A stretch of DNA of 64,000 nucleotides from Klebsormidium nitens (taxonomy: Eukaryota > Plantae > Klebsormidiophyceae), in assembly GCA_000708835.1 (NCBI GenBank), contig DF237053.1, positions 1-64,000 on the forward strand, in the 5' to 3' direction. Position numbers and translations under genes: made by a program. Positions within the stretch are counted from its first letter, which is position 1. The number at the start of each line of letters is the position of its first letter. Below are positions 23,501 to 35,386 of the stretch, piece by piece. The notes under the pieces were generated by a model that saw nothing but the letters and a program-made list of their open reading frames with translations, did not search any database and was not told where the DNA came from.

Positions 23501-24476
23501 CAAGCCTCCCTCGCTGGTGTGAACAAGCCCCTCGCCCAGGGCCAGCTATCGCTGACCCGGAACAGGGGCGCATTCACATCGAGCCCTCGGGGCGACCTCG
23601 CGAGCCAGAGCTCCCCCGGAGGGTCGCCGCGAGGGGGCCGTGTAAAGGCCGGGAGAATCGAGGGATTGCCCGTCGCGCAAAAGGAGGAAGAACCGCAGAT
23701 AAGCGTTGGCTACCGGGACGATGTACCGGCCATGTTGAACCGTCTGAGCAGCAAGTAAGTGCCCGGTTGGAGTGGCCGGTTGGAGTGGCCGGTGTGGTTG
23801 AGCGTTCTTGAACCAAGTGCTCACGCAGAGGCTGGTCGAGACGAAACTGTCTTCAGCACCTGTGCTGATAAATTGTGTCGTACAGATCGTCGCCGGACCG
23901 TCTTCTGTCCCCAACTTTACATCTAGGGGATGACCTCGCCGCTTAGTAAGAGCCTTCAGATCCAAAAAGGTTTGCGTAAGCAACAAAAGCCCGTGGAAGC
24001 ACAGGAGCGGAAGCACGGCGAGAATCCTCATCCGACGCAAAGAATTGGTTGTGCCGAGAATTGGAAATGCTCACAGTTGCTCGGTGCAAGGGGAATCCAA
24101 GTCAGTGGGGAAGGTTGTATGTTTTTTTCGGAATATATCAAAATAAATCAGAACCCCGATTCAGTAAGGTCTTAGAACGACTTCAAGCACGCTTTCGACT
24201 GAAAAGTCCCCAAATTAAGAGCATTTGCGCCCTGGAGAATCACACCATCTCATATGGTCAATATCGTGTGAAAGGTCTCCTTTTTCAGATCAAAACTGGT
24301 CTCGATCTTCTCTGCCCATACTGAAAAGCGTACTTAAAACCGGGTCTCGATGCATTCTAAGGACGGGCTGCTCTTGCAGGGGAGGCGGCCGCTTTGCCCG
24401 CGAGCAGCGCATGTGGCAGAGGCGGGAGGAGATGCTGCAAGAGCTGGCGACCAACAAGGTGGCAGCCCTCACCTAA
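17569..24476 (+). CDS. WDR93: WD40-repeat ciliary protein, WDR93/CFAP297-like. Exons 17569-17721, 18194-18512, 18980-19690, 20574-20791, 21325-21652, 22691-22804, 23268-23754, 24380-24476
   Basis: All seven introns are GT-AG with compatible phases (0,1,1,0,1,1,2). N-terminal MPQPQRQVNKVLTNLVEKAVEI resembles the WDR93 motif LPQPYRMINKLVNLLF..SWEII. WD-like repeats include VRCLALSSDERHLFAGLASG and VTSGTLSADGSLMAVGMGDGSALLLD. Confidence 0.8.
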
Positions 24477-25172
24477 CGTCGCCTGAAACGGCCGCCCGGG
24501 GCTGAGAACCGCTAAATGTGACGGTTTGAGCGGACGTAGCGCGTAGGTATGACAGTATTAGCTCGAGGACAAACCAAAGCTTGCACAAGCGAAGCTGCCG
24601 GTAGAGGTCTGTCCAGACTGGAAAGATCTGCCCCTGGCTTTTTTAGCGACAGTGAGTATTGAGAAGCCTGTACGGGAATTGGGAGGTTGCACATGGCTGA
24701 GAAGCGTGCCCGTTGATGATGGACAGCTCTGTCGAAGCTATCTAAAATACCTACTAACAGCATATCGCTATGGTTTTGTGGACCGAAAAGAAAAGTGTGT
24801 TGAAATATTGGCTAGCTATCAGTGAGCCTGGATTTGCTCTAATGGTCTATAATATTGAGGTAGCTGCCGGAAAGTAAAATCGATTTGTTTATAGTTGGAC
24901 GTGTTGTTGCACAGAGACCCTCCATCATCCTGCTTCCTTGTGCCTTTCTGCGGTCACAACCCTTCCAAGATCGCCGCCGGCGCGGCTGCCCACTAGTTAG
25001 TGCTAATCCTACTTTCAACAGTCTTCTAGATTGTTTCCCCTGAAAGTGTATAAGCTGTTTCGCTAGCGCACGTCTGCATGAATAGCCATCAGGAGAAGTT
25101 GACAAATTAGGTATGTACTAATGTAGCACACCGAGATGCGGTGAGGTAGCTCGGCGTTCAAGTGTCGAACAT

Positions 25173-25634
25173 TGATTCCCATGTATGCCATGGAAGCCTA
25201 TGGCCCATGTGGCTACGGCCTTTGAAAAGAGAACATCAAAGGCCGATCATAATAGTCGAACAGGTGACTTTCGGAAAGACAATTGCAAGGATTTGGGCGG
25301 CCACGCCACTAATATTTTCGAGCTAATATTGCAGTCCGCCAACCGGTTATATATGCGTATATACAGCCGCCATGCACAAATCGAGAGGATTGTGGCAAAT
25401 TCTTACCATGTGACGGTCATACGGAGTACGCAATTAATAAGGAGATTCTGTTGTACGCGCAGTAATCGTAACTTCTTAAAATGTTGAACTGTAATTGTAC
25501 TGCTCATGAGTTGACTATCCACTGTCTCTAGATCAGTTGGGAGAGTCTGGTCAAATTTGTTCTGATTGCCATGTTGCATGCCATGGAAGCCTATGGCCCA
25601 TATATGGCTACCGCGTTTCGAAAAGAGAACATCA
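25173..25634. repeat. About 66-72 bp direct repeat pair (25173-25238 and 25563-25634) in an AT-richer intergenic block
   Basis: Shared core catgccatggaagcctatggcccat...ggctac...tttg/cgaaaagagaacatca. Confidence 0.85.
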
Positions 25635-26822
25635 TGCGCGACATCCTTCTTAGTGTTAAAACCGGCGATGCAATTAATCATTGTATCTCTTTCTACACAC
25701 ACCTAGCTTGGAAGCTAGTTTATACCGCAATTAAATCGTATGCATAAATCCTAGCAATTCCTTATACATGATGGCCGACCATGCCTGTAGGCCAGTGCCA
25801 TACCACGGCAAATTAATCAAACGTGCAAACGGTGCACATGCACATGCACAAAAGACTGCCATGCAATTTGCACAGATCGACTGGTAGGCATGCAGGATTC
25901 TACGCATGATGAATCTCCTAGCTGGTAAGACAGCCTAGTAGAATTGCGTTAGTGTCGCCCCTCCTATTAACTTCTCAGCGGGAATATTTGTAGAAGCTAT
26001 GGCTGGCTTGTGTTACAACAGGCCTCCCTATACATGTCTGATTATCGAGACTCATAAGGCAAAAACTTGAAATGCGCATGCATCCAGTGGTTCCAACAGA
26101 GTATGCGATAATGTGGAGAGAAGTGAACCTGCTACAGTCTGAACATTGACATGGTTTGAAACTTGACATGGTAGATACGCTCTTTGCTGCCTCCTCAGAA
26201 GAAGAACAATCAGGTTGCACAGAGACATCCATGCCAGTGCAGACTCCTGAAATTGAGCAGCGACGGCAGAATGCAATGGTGTCTTTGCCGCAGCTTCGAT
26301 TAAAATTCAAAGTGATACGGCGGAGGCTTGGATCCAGTGGTGGTAACAATCCAATAATGAGCATCTTCTCTTTAATCTCATAGTGACCCTTCTCAAAATT
26401 CAGCAAACGGAATCAGATCCCTCGGTGTCAGGACCCCCAGTTCCTCAGCATTTTCTGAACTCGCGGCATGCTGTTCAGAATTCAAAAACCTGCTCTCTGG
26501 TGCTCAGTAGCATCTGCCGCAGATCTTGCTTATTCTGCCTTTTCATTGGGCGCTAGGTATTTCAAGTTCTTATGCAGACCCGCTTTATTGATTTCAAACA
26601 AGGCAGATGGCCGCTGTAGGCACTGGCAGAAACAGGCACCCACCTATTCCGCTCAAACACCGCACCAACAGGACAGCAACACACAGCAAGTCGCTCTCTT
26701 TGGGGCAAGGTCCCACCTTTGCCCGGCGTCCGCGCGTCTCTGATCTCCTCTCCTTTTTTAAAGCGTCAACTCTGACCCTCTCAGCTGCTCGCATATCCAA
26801 ATCTGACTAACAATCACGACAT

Positions 26823-27122
26823 TTACCAACCCACAGGGCTCCCTACAACAGCGACCTCGATGTAATCCACATCCGCCATTTGCAACTCATCTGGTGTGCT
26901 CGTCCCCGAGATCCTCCGCCCCTGGTACAGAAACTCGACGCTGCTCTGATCTAGCTTTTCCCGACTACAGAACGCCTCCTGCAACAGCGCCAGCGGCATC
27001 CGTCGCCGCATCTTGAAGAACACCTCCGCCCCGTCTGCTGAGGTCACCCGCAGCTGCACGTACCGCGACTCCTTGCGCTTTGCCGTCGTTTCATTGGGAT
27101 CCCTCCACATAGGGTTGCCCAT
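26823..27122 (-). CDS. Intronless SUMO-like (ubiquitin-fold) protein lacking the C-terminal di-glycine
   Basis: YVQLRVTSADGAEVFFKMRRRMPLALLQEAFCSREKLDQSSVEFLYQGRRISGTSTPDELQMADVDYIEV matches the SUMO pattern (V...G.E+FFK++R...L..L..AYC......+RFL+DG.R+....TP..L.MED.D.I+). It ends VVGSPVGW*. Confidence 0.85.
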   Translation of the reverse strand: MGNPMWRDPNETTAKRKESRYVQLRVTSADGAEVFFKMRRRMPLALLQEAFCSREKLDQSSVEFLYQGRRISGTSTPDELQMADVDYIEVAVVGSPVGW

Positions 27123-27800
27123 AGTGAGGGGAAGCGGCAGGTGCGCGGCGGGCCACCGACACAGGAGGATAGGCGTGGCCTGTGTGGAGCCTGCCCGCCA
27201 ACACCGGCAGCATGCGGCTTTTGAATCTTACCCTCCTTTCAGTGTTCACTTTCTCTGCGCTTCGAGGAGAAGGCAGCAGATCTTTGCTTTGAGATATGGG
27301 CCAATTCACACCTAGATCCAGCTGCAGCAGATGTTTGGAAGATGTGCCCGGGGGAGCCGGAGCGACGGCAGCCGTTTATACACCCGTCCTCCCTGCGTAG
27401 CAGGGACAAAAAATAACAGGCTCGTTGCCGACCGGCTGACGGTTCAAACTCCCGTCTTATTCCAGTCTTCAATCCCCGTGTGCCAAAAAAATCTGTTTGC
27501 AAACTTGTGAATGCTCAAGACTTGCAATCTGGTACGCGCGCACAGCATATGCCGTGCTGCAATCTCTTCTCAGACTCCAGACTCCGACTCGCTAGAGACT
27601 CGGAGCCATCTAGAGACACCTCTAGGTAGGATCTTTCCAGAGGCGCTTTCAGCAGGGTCCCACCTCTCATAATTCCAATTCTCCCTGTGAGCTTTCAATG
27701 TCATGAGGTGCAGAGGACGTCCTGATTAGCAAGAGGGGCACCTACGCGTAGAGCGAGATCTTCTGCTTACGGTACGCCCCGGCCGGTTGCAGGCATCAGA

Positions 27801-29915
27801 ATGGCGGCGCACCCGTACTATCCGCGCAGCATTGTGTTGGCCGGCTTCTCTCCACAGCTGTGGTCGATGCCTGCGATACTGGGGGTGTTTTCCGTCGCCG
27901 TCTTTGTGGTGGTGGGCGGGACTCTGCTGCTGTCAAGTAAGCGCACTTTGCAGAGTTCCAAAATGATAATGTAGTTTCAGATGTCAAAGCATATCACAAG
28001 GCTGCCGCTTGAAGTTGTCGTGTGATCAGTCAGTGACCAAGTGACAGCTCCAGCACCTTTTCAAGCACAGTGGCATTGTATGATACTCTTATTCTGTAGC
28101 TACCATCACCGAACGGTGCGATGATCAAAGCCCTGAGCTACAGTGGCGCTCATTGATGAGGGCCGCTAGATTTTCTCTTTCAGTTGGACACTTTATCGGA
28201 GCAATTTGCAGTAGGTACATGCAAATCAGACTCCTTTGGAATGTTGCGATAAGCCAACAGAACTATAAGAGGACCAGAGCTACAGATTTTGTAATAAAGA
28301 GAGTTAAGCAGCCAGTGCTCCATCCTATGTGCAGGTGGCAACAAGAGGCTAACGGCTCTAGACCGCGCAACGCTTGCTTGGTGGATAGCCACAGGCCTGA
28401 TACACTTAGTAATCGAGGGCTCTTACGCAATCGCCCCCACATTCTACCAGACCACGTCCGCCAACTTTCTCCACGACCTATGTAAGGCTTTCCTTTGGAT
28501 CTCAATACAGCTACCTTTGCTGTGTCTGGGCCTTCACTTCTCATTGCCAAGGGCAATTTGAGGATTCCAAGATTCAGCCCGTGGTTGTCTGCTTTGCTGA
28601 GCCCGAAGGGTTCATTGGAAGACTTTGCCTTGGCCTTGAAACTGAAAGGTGGTCTGGCTTTCTGCATCAGTAGGAGGGCCTGTAAGACCTCGACGACCTC
28701 TTTTTTTACACCTGGACCCCTGATCTGCAAGTCTCACTAGCGGCGGCCGCTTTTCGAAAAGTGCAACCGATTTTAAATTATGGAATGGCAGTGCGTAGCT
28801 CCACCGGCTGACAGCAGGGGAACTTTTTTAGCATGAGCCAGGCCCTTGAAAGTATTGGACCCATCTTTCCAGGTCTGGCTTTAAACAGATCTGATGGAGC
28901 GTCGCAGCACATCAGGCTTTGTGTCCGTCAGATCTTCAATTAGATCCAGCGCGGTCTGCTCAAATTACGCTCTTTGGCCTGCTAATTGCTTGAAGCCTTC
29001 AATCATTCACGTAGGCTTCCTACCCTGGTCCTCATGAGATGCCTACGATCGAATTGCTGGCAGTAGATAGATGGGGTTAGGAGACTGAGGTGTTCGATTT
29101 GCACTCCAAAAGCGTGATCTCAGATCTCTGCCTGTTTTCCTGCAGGGAAGGAGTACAGTAAAGGAGACTCCCGATATGCAACCCGAGACTCGTTCATTGT
29201 CTCTATGGAAACAGTCACCGCGTTTGCTTGGGGCCCCGGGAGCTTCCTCGTAGCGTGAGTAGTCTTCTTCCTCATTTCCGCCCTGTTTTTCGGCTTCAAC
29301 CGCGTGAATTGTGCTGTCTGGAAAAGCCTGGATATATAGCCTGGCTCAATTTGGAGGTACATCAATTTGGAGGTACATCAACAGTGCCGAATTACGGTTC
29401 TTGTCGTTCTTCGTTGTATTTGGAGGTCGAGTGCCAGAGCCTTGTGACGATGTACGACCTCATTTTTCAACTCCTATAGTGAACATTTGAACAAGGATTC
29501 CAGACAATGGTGAGAGATTCTGACATTCGAAATGCACTCTGAAGTGTTTGCACTGGAGCCGTGGAATGCTCGAAATGTAACCGTGTTCAAGCAAGGAATC
29601 TGTCTGGTTGGCTGAATCGAGCGACGTTCGTGTTCGGCCAGGTACGCTCTTGCAACGGATGCTCCCTACCGGCACGCCGCTCAGTTGCTGGTGTCGCTTG
29701 GGCAGTTGTATGGTGACGTGTTGTATTTCGGCACGTGCTATCTTGAGGGCTTCGTACATTCGGATCCAGGCTGGTTGTATTTCTATGGCTACTTCGTATT
29801 TATGAACGCAATCTGGATTGTCGTTCCGTCGCTACTCATAGGACAGTCGTGGCAAGCGATCAGCGCAGCGTTTGCGTCTTTGAAGCCTGCGAAAGTGAGA
29901 TCAAAACGAGCTTAG
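27801..29915 (+). CDS. HYD1: 3-beta-hydroxysteroid delta8-delta7 isomerase (EBP family, HYD1-like). Exons 27801-27936, 28335-28481, 29146-29254, 29642-29915
   Basis: MAAHPYYPR..., [48 protein letters not shown] and [10 protein letters not shown] are EBP motifs. Intron phases 1,1,2 all join. Confidence 0.95.
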
Positions 29916-31070
29916 GAGACCCTTTTGAGCATCCCTCAGTAACGTGTTGCATAATCAGGAGCCTTCAGGCCCGGGGCCTCTGGTGAGAGTCAATTCGAAA
30001 AGGCACGTGGGACAATCTTCAATCAAAAGTCACAAACCGTGAATACACTCAGGCTAGCTGGGGAGAACAAACATTGACCTGAGTAACAACGTTACAGTGC
30101 GAGTAGCGGATGACGCGTTTGTTGGATGGATAAGTGCAGCTCAAATTGTCGAGTCGGAATGCGTATGAATCAAGATATCAAGCTGAACCTTGGTGCCGAC
30201 GAGGGCTGAGTTGCTCAGCCTCCGTACAAGTGTGCACTCTCATGACGTGCACTGCTAAGTTCTTGAATACTGAAAACCGAGTCGATCGATATTACTACTT
30301 GAGCTCGAATCTAGATGGGTGATCAACGCGTCACCGGCCAACCATGAGCACCTTTAGACGTGAACGTTCGCCCGAGCCAGCTAGGCTGCCGCCCACATGC
30401 TTCATGGATCAACAGTAACCTCTCATATTGCAGGAGTCGAAACTGCTCTTGTACACAAACGAATTGAGTACATATCAAGCACGAAGCTTATTCGAAGACA
30501 TGTAGCTTTGCAACTATTGCCAGACCAACGGCTTACGTATACAAAGGTTACATGTTATTGTCACTTGGTTGCTACGAGAATCCCATATCATCCATACCAA
30601 TCCTTATGAATATTTTGGGCGGTACCGGTCAGCTGTCATCATTGGCACCGCCGAGAGGAGAAAGCTAGAAACTGGGATCATCATCAGAATAAGTTGGGAA
30701 AATGAAGTACCGGCCTCCTCTCGGCCTCCTGGCCGGCAGATCGGAACTAGAACTTGTAGAACCGAGGGACCTAGCAGGTAGGTTTGAGATTTGAGAGGTG
30801 CACTCAAGTCTCAAAGTCCCACACTGTGCCACTGTCCTACAGCTTTGAGTGGACAACATACAGCACTGAGCAGTGCAGGCTCAGCCGCACCGGCTGGACA
30901 GCTGGCCACATCACGGTACGTGCCCCGGGAGGTCAATCCCGTGTGGTCATCGGGTGAGAGTGCAGGGGAGCCGGGGCCCGGTAGGAGGATTAGGGAGGAC
31001 TCGCAGGGTCGGGACTGATTGACAGTTGGCAAACGGACTAGGTATACCTAGGTAGCTGCACGCTAGGTAT

Positions 31071-31109
31071 CACACTGCACACTGCACACTGCACACTGCA
31101 CACTGCACA
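31071..31109. repeat. (CACACTG)5.5 tandem repeat
   Basis: Read directly from the sequence. Confidence 0.95.
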
Positions 31110-31159
31110 GTGCTTGCACGGCTCACGCGCGCCACGGGTTGTGGCCAAAGGTGCATGAT

Positions 31160-31533
31160 ACACGTCGTCTGACAAGGTCAATAGGGTGGCGTCATCAACT
31201 TGGGTCTCCACCACGTATCTTGTGGCGGGCCCAGAGATGGATGCAGAAATCCACATCGACGGCTGAGGGCTCATCTTTTCCCTCATCCGCAACCAATCAT
31301 CGCGAACTAAAAGATCCGCGGTCGCTGAACTGCGAACAAGCTCCGTGCAGAGTACGGCCCACCCGAAGCCACATGCTTCAAGCTCTTCACATGGCCGCCC
31401 CCGCATTGCGTGGTTCAGGATCCGGATCGCCTTTTTCCAAAATATCTCCGGGCGGTGACATGGCGGAACGGCAAAATATCCGGGTGGTTTACGGCCACAG
31501 AACCGTTGCCCGTGGAGATATTGAGTGCCACGT
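31160..31533 (+). promoter_or_regulatory. Candidate clock/light cis-element cluster upstream of the B-box gene
   Basis: Evening element AAAATATCT at 31439-31447, variant AAAATATCC at 31473-31481 and reverse AGATATT at 31516-31522. ACGT/G-box-like cores at 31160, 31211 and 31527. Confidence 0.5.
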
Positions 31534-31969
31534 ACGCCTGCCCGCGTGAAGTTCAATCGGAACATTTGTGCGGCCAGACTGGGTTGCGTGAGTGGTGACT
31601 CAAACCTTCCAGGACCACACTGGCGATTCTGCGGCTGGCAGGCGAGCTTGCAAGTTGGGCAGGCAGATATGATTCACGAGTCTGACTCTTCTCAGAGTTG
31701 TTCTCTTCCTGGGCGCTGGGAACAGCAGTGCTAGAGAATCTCCGTCCCCTTCAGCTACCCTAGTCCTAGATATCAGAAGCAGAGGCTGCGACCTGGCCAC
31801 AGATGCGGCGATCAGGTTCACTGCTCGACCGTGGCGCTTCTACTTGAACACCTTGGACGTCCTCTTTACATATACCTATCTGGGTTTCCTCTTTGCTCAT
31901 TCACAAACTCCAGCCTCCTACAAGCTCCACCAGCAGCATAGCAGTAGTGCGGCGCTGGGATTAGTCTCC

Positions 31970-33898
31970 ATGGCTATTATGTTCGACGTGTTCCGCCCTG
32001 CGGCGTCGGGCCACCCCGCCGCAGCAGTGGCTCCTTCTTATCTGGCCGCAGTGCGTCCCGAGTCTGAAACAGCCTGCTGCGGACCGTCCACTTCAGGCGC
32101 CTCCAAGCAGTGCGAGCTTTGCCCAAAGGCCGCGCGCGTCTTCTGTGATGCCGACTCCGCTTACCTGTGCTCCGCGTGTGACGTCCGAGTCCACACGGCC
32201 AACTTCCTGGTCTCCCGCCATGTGCGGACGCTGCTGTGTATTGACTGCCAAGGGGAGACGACCTGGCGCGCTTGTGGGGGACGGCCGGGCAAGGAGCACC
32301 ACAGATGCAAGGCTTGCGAGGAGACGGCGAGGCGACTGAAAGCAGATGAGGACCAGTGCGTTCCTTCTGGGGGAGTAGATGCTAGCTGGCTGACGTTGGG
32401 CCCTATTCTGTCGCACCCGCTGCCGAGCAGGGGCGCCGTCGCAGAAGACAGGGCCTCGGGGCGCTGGGGGCGGGACACCGTGCGGGAGGAGCAGGCTGCC
32501 ATCAGTCCCTCAGGGAGCAGTGCGGTGTCGGGCTTGTCAGAGGAGAGGGAGGCTACGGTCACTCCAAGCAGTGTACTCATCGAAGTGCCGCGGGGTGAGA
32601 GGAAGCGGGCGAGGGAGGAGGGAGATGACGGTCCTGTTGCAGCGTCCCATAAACATCAGAAGGTAAGCTTTGGCACTCAAGTATGTTTTGTGATGCTTCC
32701 AGCAAATTGGGCTTCTTTTGCTGTTGTTTGACAGCTGTTCTTTCGAATCGAAAAGTAGCTGGCCCCTTGGTGGAGGATGATGAAGTCTAGCCCTTCTCAT
32801 GGTTGTTGTGCTCCTGCAAAATTGTCTGATGCTGGATCATAAAGAATGCGAGGTTTAAAGAATGCGAGGTACGCTTATGTCTCTTTTGGATGTTCCTTGC
32901 ACCGGGTTTTTTTCTTCCTGCAAGCTTTTTGTTGTACAAAATGGTTAATATTCCAGAATACAAATCGTTTTCAGAAGCTTGGTCTGTGCACTTCTTACCC
33001 AGGAGTTGTGCCCTCTTTCTTGTTGACTTCTCAGTTGACTCCCTTCTTTTTAGATCAAGTATTGAAATTTGAATTTGAGGCTTTTTGTGCGCAAGCTGTT
33101 GCGTGAGCTGTGCTGCCCTGTGCTTAACTTCTGTGATTCAAGATTTACTAGGTTATCTTTCTTTCTTTAAGTACAACTCTTTCTTTCTTTTAAGTACAAT
33201 TCCTTGGCGAGGCCGACTTTTTTTCCATGACGCCCTGTTTACTGTTGACTTACTTGAGATGATTTGATTTTTGTTACCCTCCTTCTGTGTTGTTCGTACT
33301 GCTTAATAGTCATGGTTTGAGCTCTTCAAGAGGTCATGAACAGCTATATTGTAGTCACAGGTTGATTACATGTCCATCAACATGTTCATCAGAGTCCTCT
33401 TAGATTCCTATCTTAGATTCCTATCTCATATCATCCCCCGCATATTTTCAGGTTGATCATGCCCATCGGCCACAAGTCGCAGCACTTCCCCCCCGCCCTC
33501 AGCGCAGCGCCCCTCTCCGGCCAAACACCGAGCCAGCAATGACCAACGCCGCGATTGTCGAGCGGCTCGAACGAACGCTGGCGCGGTGGTACGTCAGCCT
33601 GAACCTGAACAGCCCCGAAACAATCCCACTGTCTATGCACATTTTCCGGAAGGTCCTGCAAAGCCTACAGCCTAACCTGCTGGCAGCAGAAGCGATGAGG
33701 GTGACTCTGGCGGGTTGTCTTTGGTTAGCAACGAAGGTGGACACCGCGCAAGTGAAGGTGCCGAAAGCGTCGGAGGTTGCGGTAGCTGCGGGGGTGCAGG
33801 CGTCGAGGTTGTCAGCTGTTGAGCTGCAACTACTGACCCTCTTGGACTGGAGGTTGTTGGATGGGTGGGTCGGCAGCGGCGAGGTTCTGGATTCATAG
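31970..33898 (+). CDS. Single B-box zinc-finger protein (BBX28/29/32 type) with a C-terminal cyclin-box-like domain. Exons 31970-32662, 33452-33898
   Basis: CELCPKAARVFCDADSAYLCSACDVRVHTANFLVSRHVRTLLCIDCQGETTW is a type-1 B-box with the group V extension. Donor aag|gtaagc and acceptor ttttcag|gtt join in phase 0 into the 33539-33898 ORF. Confidence 0.88.
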
Positions 33899-35386
33899 GC
33901 CTTACCTCTTTGGCGGAGTAAACCTGTGCAGCCAAGGCAGCGGTCTGTTGTTCTAGACAGTCTTGTAGATACTAGATTTGAAGGTTGACGATACACATTG
34001 CTGTACGGAGGCATAGTCGAAGCTCGGATTGGAGCTTGTCAAAAGCCTAAAAGACAATTAAAACAATCGAAACAGTTGCGACACATTCGTTCTTTTATCG
34101 AAAGCTGGGCATATTTGATGTGCCATGGGTTGGGCCTCTCACAAAATGGCAAATTGCCTTCGTGCGAAGTATGATTGAGTAAGTGAATGTTCAACCAATT
34201 CAATCCAGCGAACGATTAATTTTTTCCGCGAATGATTACGCTGCATATGTACATTGCACATACATTTGTCAATAAAAAACCTTGTATATGCTCGCTTATA
34301 TGGCATACTAGTAATAGTCGTTCGCGCGACAGACCTTTCAACCCGGATTGCAAATGCATCCTTAGTAGATTGCAATCGGCGTAGCGTCACTTAATGGCGG
34401 TAGAATAATGTAGCAATGGTGTTCAGATTCATGGTGCGTTCACGCGAGAAGACCATGGTCTTCTTATGGAAAAAAAGTGCACATCCTTCATGAAATTTGT
34501 AATGATGTGAAAGTGGAGAATAATCGTTTCTTGTTGATAGATTAGACACCGATCCGGCCTTCTTTTCAAAGTGTGCAGCTAGTATTCCGAACACGGCCAA
34601 ACGCGACATAATCGGACAAGCTGTTGGCCGGCCGGACAGCAGGCCATGGCACCGGATATAGGTAGGCCATACAAAAATAATCATGTTCCTTTTCTTAAGC
34701 TCGCTAGCGCGCTACAGCAACATTATGCAAGTCCATTTACAGCCGTCCCCTCGGAATCAGCAGTCACAGTATTAGCTATACACACACCACGTTTTACCTT
34801 AGTTTGTGGCCGCATTGAAGGCGATCTGAATAATTGCGGTTACCTAATATGTTCTGCACATGCGCCAATGCTCATGCCAATGTTCGTGTGCACTCCTTGT
34901 GGATAGTTTGGAGCACTAGCTGGATATCAGAACGGATGCACTCCACTACAGAAGGACTGTAGTCACAGGGGTAACCTGACTGACACATCCAAAGACAAGG
35001 CAGAACCTAGCTACATGCGCGCTCTGAGGTGTGAATGCAGGGCTGATCATAATGGTGCTAGCATTAGTAGTGCCTAGTTAGATTCACCACCTCATACCGA
35101 GCAGCTTGTATCAAGTGAAAGTGCTGGATCAGGACAGAATGGCAAGAATGAATGCTCCAATTGTTCACAGCCATATGCTTGTCAACGGACTTGCTGAAAA
35201 CACAGACGCGGTTGTATGGAGCAACCCTCAATCCTAGGTCAACGCAACTCGAAGGAAGGACTCGAAACTGTCCCAGCGGTCCCCACAGTTCCAGATTCGC
35301 TTGTTTATGCAATTCGTATGTTAAATTGTACAGTCTGCAAAAGCACAATAAGGGGGCTCTAGAAAGAGCAATGATCAGCACCCCAT

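Noticed and set aside
26045-26383. Plus-strand frame with a single internal stop next to the SUMO-like gene
   Set aside because: No family motif recognised; could be chance.
31038-31051. 14-bp palindrome ctaggtatacctag and scattered CTAG-rich motifs as Helitron ends
   Set aside because: No matching 5' TC end or properly spaced subterminal hairpin could be shown.
34447-34464. Perfect 18-bp palindrome agaagaccatggtcttct
   Set aside because: Isolated, with no associated element boundaries found.
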